NCBI GenBank assembly: GCA_023920165.1
Contig: CP089276.1
Span: 1,178,001 to 1,242,000 of the forward strand
Origin: Curvularia clavata
Taxonomy: Eukaryota
DNA: 64,000 nucleotides
Direction: 5' to 3'
The notes beneath the pieces were generated by a model that saw only the letters and a program-made list of their open reading frames with translations, made no database searches and was not told the origin of the DNA. Below, piece after piece: positions 59,857 to 64,000 of the stretch; position 1 is the stretch's first letter; every line of letters begins with the position of its first letter. Made by a program: the position numbers and the translations under genes.

Positions 59857-61188
59857 TCATAGTTGGGAGCGGCCCGCGCCTAGCAGCGGACGGTTCTCAG
59901 GGAGACTAGATGAAGCAAGAGGCATGTAAGAAATGCCGTTATCCAAGGCTTGGTTGATACGTTCGAGACCCTCGTCCAGATAGTGGGTCGGATGAGCAAA
60001 GACGATGCGAAACATGTCGGGTGACTCACTGTCGAAGTTGCCTCCCCACGCCAAGTACACTCGTTGCCTGAACAAAGCCTTCTTCAGCTGTTCGATGGCT
60101 TCATCACTGTCAACAATGTCCGGATGCCGGCGCCGATAAGCAGTGCCAAGGTCCGCCCACACAAACAGAGCAGCATGGGTGCCGCCCGTGAATGGAATAC
60201 GGTGACGTTGCAGAAATCGAGTTGTTCGTGTGTACGCAGCAGCCAGCCGTCGCCGACTCTCTGCTAGGTAGGCCGTAGTGAAGCTGTCATCTAGCAGCAT
60301 CTGCGCCACAAGGTGGTCGGTTATGGAGGAGGCATACGAGTAGATAGCCACCGACGACAGCGCTGCGCGGAGCTCTTCATTGGCCTGGGAGATAAGACAG
60401 CCCAGCCTCCATCCATTAGCCCCAAAGTCTTTGGAAACTCCCCATAGAACGTGGACCAGGCTGGGGTCGATAATGCCGTCGAGGTCGAGCGAGAGGATCG
60501 AGGTGAAGGACGGCGCGTGCCATACAGACAGTGCGTAGACCTCATCGCTCAACAGATGAATGCGGTACTTCTGGCACAGAGCCAACAACTGCAGGATAAC
60601 ATGGCGGGGATAGCAGCGACCGAGAGGATTATGTGGTGAGCAAAGGAAGAGGCCTTTCACGACGATACCCTGGTCACGTGCGCTGAGCAGCGCTTCCTCA
60701 TAACACTCAACGGCGCCTGGCCCAAGCGGATCCACTTGGCCGAACGCTACTGGGACGGTCCGCACGCCAGCCCGCTGCTCCAATGTCAATGCCCCATAAT
60801 ACGGACGCCCAAGAAGGAATGCTTCGCCTGCATCCGCCAGCGCCCATGCTGCATGCTCGAGTGAGGTTGTGACTCCATTCGTAACAATGATTTGAGACGG
60901 TTTGATGGCCCGGTGGGCGTTGAGATGCCGTCCCAGAAACCTTGCCAGAGCCTGCCGCAGCCGTTTACTACCCAATGGGCCCTCCTGATACGTCAAAACG
61001 CTACCGTGTATGTCCATACGCGCATCCATATAAGCCTTCAGCTCATCTTGCATAAGCTGGTTCTCAGCTACCCCAAGATTCACGAAACCTTGCGGATTTT
61101 TCTCTCCGTCCCATGGTTGCTTCATCAAGTCCCACATCTCGTTGTACACGCTGCTGGGAACCATGTCCTGAGCTCGTTGTGAAAGCAT
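59857..61188 (-). CDS. PLP-dependent aminotransferase class I/II, ACC-synthase-like
   Basis: VNLGVAENQLM, CSPHNPLG, LSDEVY, and GVSKDFGANGWRLG carrying the PLP lysine. Confidence 0.92.
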   Translation of the reverse strand: MLSQRAQDMVPSSVYNEMWDLMKQPWDGEKNPQGFVNLGVAENQLMQDELKAYMDARMDIHGSVLTYQEGPLGSKRLRQALARFLGRHLNAHRAIKPSQIIVTNGVTTSLEHAAWALADAGEAFLLGRPYYGALTLEQRAGVRTVPVAFGQVDPLGPGAVECYEEALLSARDQGIVVKGLFLCSPHNPLGRCYPRHVILQLLALCQKYRIHLLSDEVYALSVWHAPSFTSILSLDLDGIIDPSLVHVLWGVSKDFGANGWRLGCLISQANEELRAALSSVAIYSYASSITDHLVAQMLLDDSFTTAYLAESRRRLAAAYTRTTRFLQRHRIPFTGGTHAALFVWADLGTAYRRRHPDIVDSDEAIEQLKKALFRQRVYLAWGGNFDSESPDMFRIVFAHPTHYLDEGLERINQALDNGISYMPLASSSLPENRPLLGAGRSQL

Positions 61189-63269
61189 GGCTGGCAGGTA
61201 GACTCAATCCCTTAGCGGGGCAAGTATCTTGAATAACAATGAGGATAAGTAAGAAAAAGTGGGAACAGAAAGGCACGCTCTCTTTGCTCAAGTATCTTGA
61301 TTGCTCATATGTAGATCGGGCTCAATTATTGATCAATGGATTTATACCTCGAACGGCCGATGCGTAGTGCAAACCTCCCACACGCATTTGTGCTACCATC
61401 GCAGGTGGCAAACCTGTGTTATCTCCTGTACCTTGCGCACACATCGAAGATGCATGTCAACACCTTCAGATGGGAGCGCGCGAAACAATCACCCTCTGGA
61501 TGCCCTCCGCGGCCTCACGAGGTGAGATCGCTAAAACAACATCGACGGGAGAGTGCTATGAGCGGACTAGCGCCATGTCAGACACCAACCAGTGTGGTTT
61601 ATCATCTTCTCGTGTAATTGGTAATATGCATGCAATTCAGTTCTAACCTACTTTCCAAACATAAGCTGACCTAAGCTGCATGTTCTTCACATCCAGTTCG
61701 ACTACCAACAGCACGCATTGGTTGGCATAGTCGAGATAGATCGCGCTTTTCTCAAATAGCGTCGCAGCAACTTCCCGACCTGAACAGCGGTGTGAACGTT
61801 ACGCCAAGCCGCATTCCATGTCCCTGGAGGATACGCCCGGTTCTAGCTTATATCGAGCATACTCCGCACGACATTCGTTTCACCGGATAGCAGGCCTAAG
61901 CAATACGCATCCTTTAGCTGACATGATGGAGGGCCTATTCGGCTTCTCTGATACTAGGCAAATGCATTTGTCCCTACCACTGGGACTCCGGACGAGTTTT
62001 CCGATCGTCTTCACTAAGATAAGGGAACATTGAAGTGAATTAACGCTAATTAGTAAATGCTAACAGCGCCACCAATTGACTAGTCGGACCTAATTGGAAT
62101 CGAATGTCTATTGGGATTGAATCAATCTGCCAAGTTCTGTTAACGGCATATCTGGTCGAATGAGCAGGTTGCAATGGGATGGTGTTGGAAGAAATGAACA
62201 AAGCCCTAGGCAACTTATCGCTAGCTTCATACTGCGGCGAAAAAGATATTGTTCTCACATAATCATCGCCAAGAGAAAATGGACAGTTAGCTTTCCTGTC
62301 ACCCAATTCTACAGTTCACTCATCGCTGATTGGTGTCTGTATTGCGACTTCAATGTGACATAAGACTTTAAGGTCGCATACCGTTCGGTCATCAATGTTA
62401 CACTTAACCCCATAGCCTAGTTCCTGTAGTGAACGCCTGAGGCTAGACAGAAACATTATCCTCGCGTCCGATCCCCTCAATTACCCTAATGCACGAAATG
62501 GAGGAGCCAAGTCCGTTGTTTCCACAAATCAAGCAATCAGTGCATGGTGGACTCCACCGCATTTATACACCCCATGAATTTGCATGCAGTTGTTGCTAAG
62601 AGATCCTTGTCGCCATATCCGGTGTTCGCACAGAGTCGGATGAATGAAGCATAACTTTATTATTCCTTGAATTGAGCATTTACTTAATTCGTATGCCTTA
62701 AACCTAAGAACCACAACCCTCTTGCTTAATTGGTATAGTACCCAAATTCACTAACGTACTAAGGATTCAGGTGGAGCCATCTAGAATTTACAGATTACGA
62801 CACAATAAAAGAACACGTGCAATAGCACAGTCCATCGTAATGGTCGTGATAAAGTTGCTGTGAAGTGGAGTCCTCCGTACCGGCAACATTTATATGGCGT
62901 GTGATTCGCGCAATGCTTTGTCGCCAAGAGACTCCTACCGCGCGCTATTCCTAGTTAAAGAAGGCGATAAGATCGATAGGCCAAAGAAAAAATCCAGTGA
63001 ACTAGGCAGCATTATTCGCGTGTGCGGGCACAACCATATTTTTCCCAATCATTAATGCATGTCTAAAGCCAAAACACTACACTCTGTTCACTGCGTGCAT
63101 GTTTTTGATAAGTACATTATATATCAGCAGCCCTTGGCCGAATCATAAGTCTACTAGCCCGTACTTGGGTTTGAGCCATCTACAACAGAACAATCGCGCA
63201 TTACCATAGTAGCTAACTCCGCGTTGCTATACGACACTTGGCCTCACAATCGCTTCCTTCACAAACCCC

Positions 63270-63884
63270 ATGTCATCCTCTACCGAAGAATGGATAAACA
63301 ATCTTGGAATATTCTCAGATGAGGAATTTGTTGGCCATAGGAATTGGGGATTTACTATTTACCGCACGGGATACGGACCTTCATCTGACCAGCAGTGGCA
63401 GCAACTCCTACAAACGATTCAGCTCGGGGCGCGCAAAGGAGCTCTAGACGTGACTGAAACTACTGAAGAAGACCCTGGCTTTCAGCAGCTATGGTCCCTT
63501 TTCCGTCTTGATGCACGCTCAGACTCTGCCTTGGCGGGTCTTGGTATAGATCAGCTTCGCGATCTATACAATAGTGGTGAGGGTGGCCAACCAATGAATA
63601 CGGACTACAAGTTGCATCGGATATTTCTTCTCGCGGATGATGAGGCCCTGTCAGACCCCACTGCTTCTATTATTAAATGTGTGGACGCCGACTACCGTGC
63701 AGAAGACTATATTCCGCGGAACACAAGAATGGGTGGACAACGTTACTTTGGATGGATGCCAATGAGGGCTGGAAGCGTGGCAGAATTGTGGTCTCGCTTG
63801 GATGATTGGGACTTGTGTAGAATCGCCCCTCCTACTATCGGCGGAAGTCACTTGGTGATCTGGGATGGGCACAGCTGGCAGTGA
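63270..63884 (+). CDS. Fungal hypothetical protein with a WGFxIYRT motif, 204 aa
   Basis: Clean ORF with WGFTIYRTGY...W, IFLLADDE and YFGWM, motifs recalled from uncharacterised fungal proteins. Confidence 0.75.
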   Translation: MSSSTEEWINNLGIFSDEEFVGHRNWGFTIYRTGYGPSSDQQWQQLLQTIQLGARKGALDVTETTEEDPGFQQLWSLFRLDARSDSALAGLGIDQLRDLYNSGEGGQPMNTDYKLHRIFLLADDEALSDPTASIIKCVDADYRAEDYIPRNTRMGGQRYFGWMPMRAGSVAELWSRLDDWDLCRIAPPTIGGSHLVIWDGHSWQ

Positions 63885-64000
63885 TGCGAACGAGGATGGA
63901 AGTTCTAGTCATCAGAAACAAAGCGGTTGAGATCTGGAGCTACTTTTGTTTGACGCTATTGACATGGAAATCTTGCTGATATTATCTACTCTTCTAATCT

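Overview
Eukaryotic DNA from a filamentous ascomycete, probably Dothideomycetes/Pleosporales. This is inferred from the short GT-AG introns with CTRAC/CTAAT branch sites, a dispersed 5S rRNA gene, RIP-like TpA-rich relics and a HET-domain NLR. About 28 protein-coding genes can be supported, many spliced, so several exon chains were rebuilt by hand. 1-18 kb is core-like: LaeA-like methyltransferase, FAD monooxygenase, Zn alcohol dehydrogenase, P450, Tam methyltransferase, 5S rRNA, LIM-RhoGAP and Rpb4. 18-29.5 kb holds a secreted tyrosinase, a LanC-like protein, a membrane protein, a 2OG-Fe(II) oxygenase and a P450. About 29.6-50 kb is an accessory-looking block bracketed by two paralogous APH-type kinase genes. 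It contains a HET-NB-ARC-TPR NLR, a signal-peptide GNAT acetyltransferase, a RIP-mutated Fot1/pogo relic, a RIP-killed gene, an S28 peptidase, a two-module Cys-rich secreted protein missed by the ORF track, a probable solo LTR and an OTT_1508-like deaminase-MYND fusion, followed by a protein with 84 Gln. 50-64 kb holds an AlkB-like dioxygenase, a Zn2Cys6 factor, two small genes, an F-box-like protein, an ACC-synthase-like PLP enzyme and a hypothetical protein. All family calls come from motif recognition by eye; no database searches were run.
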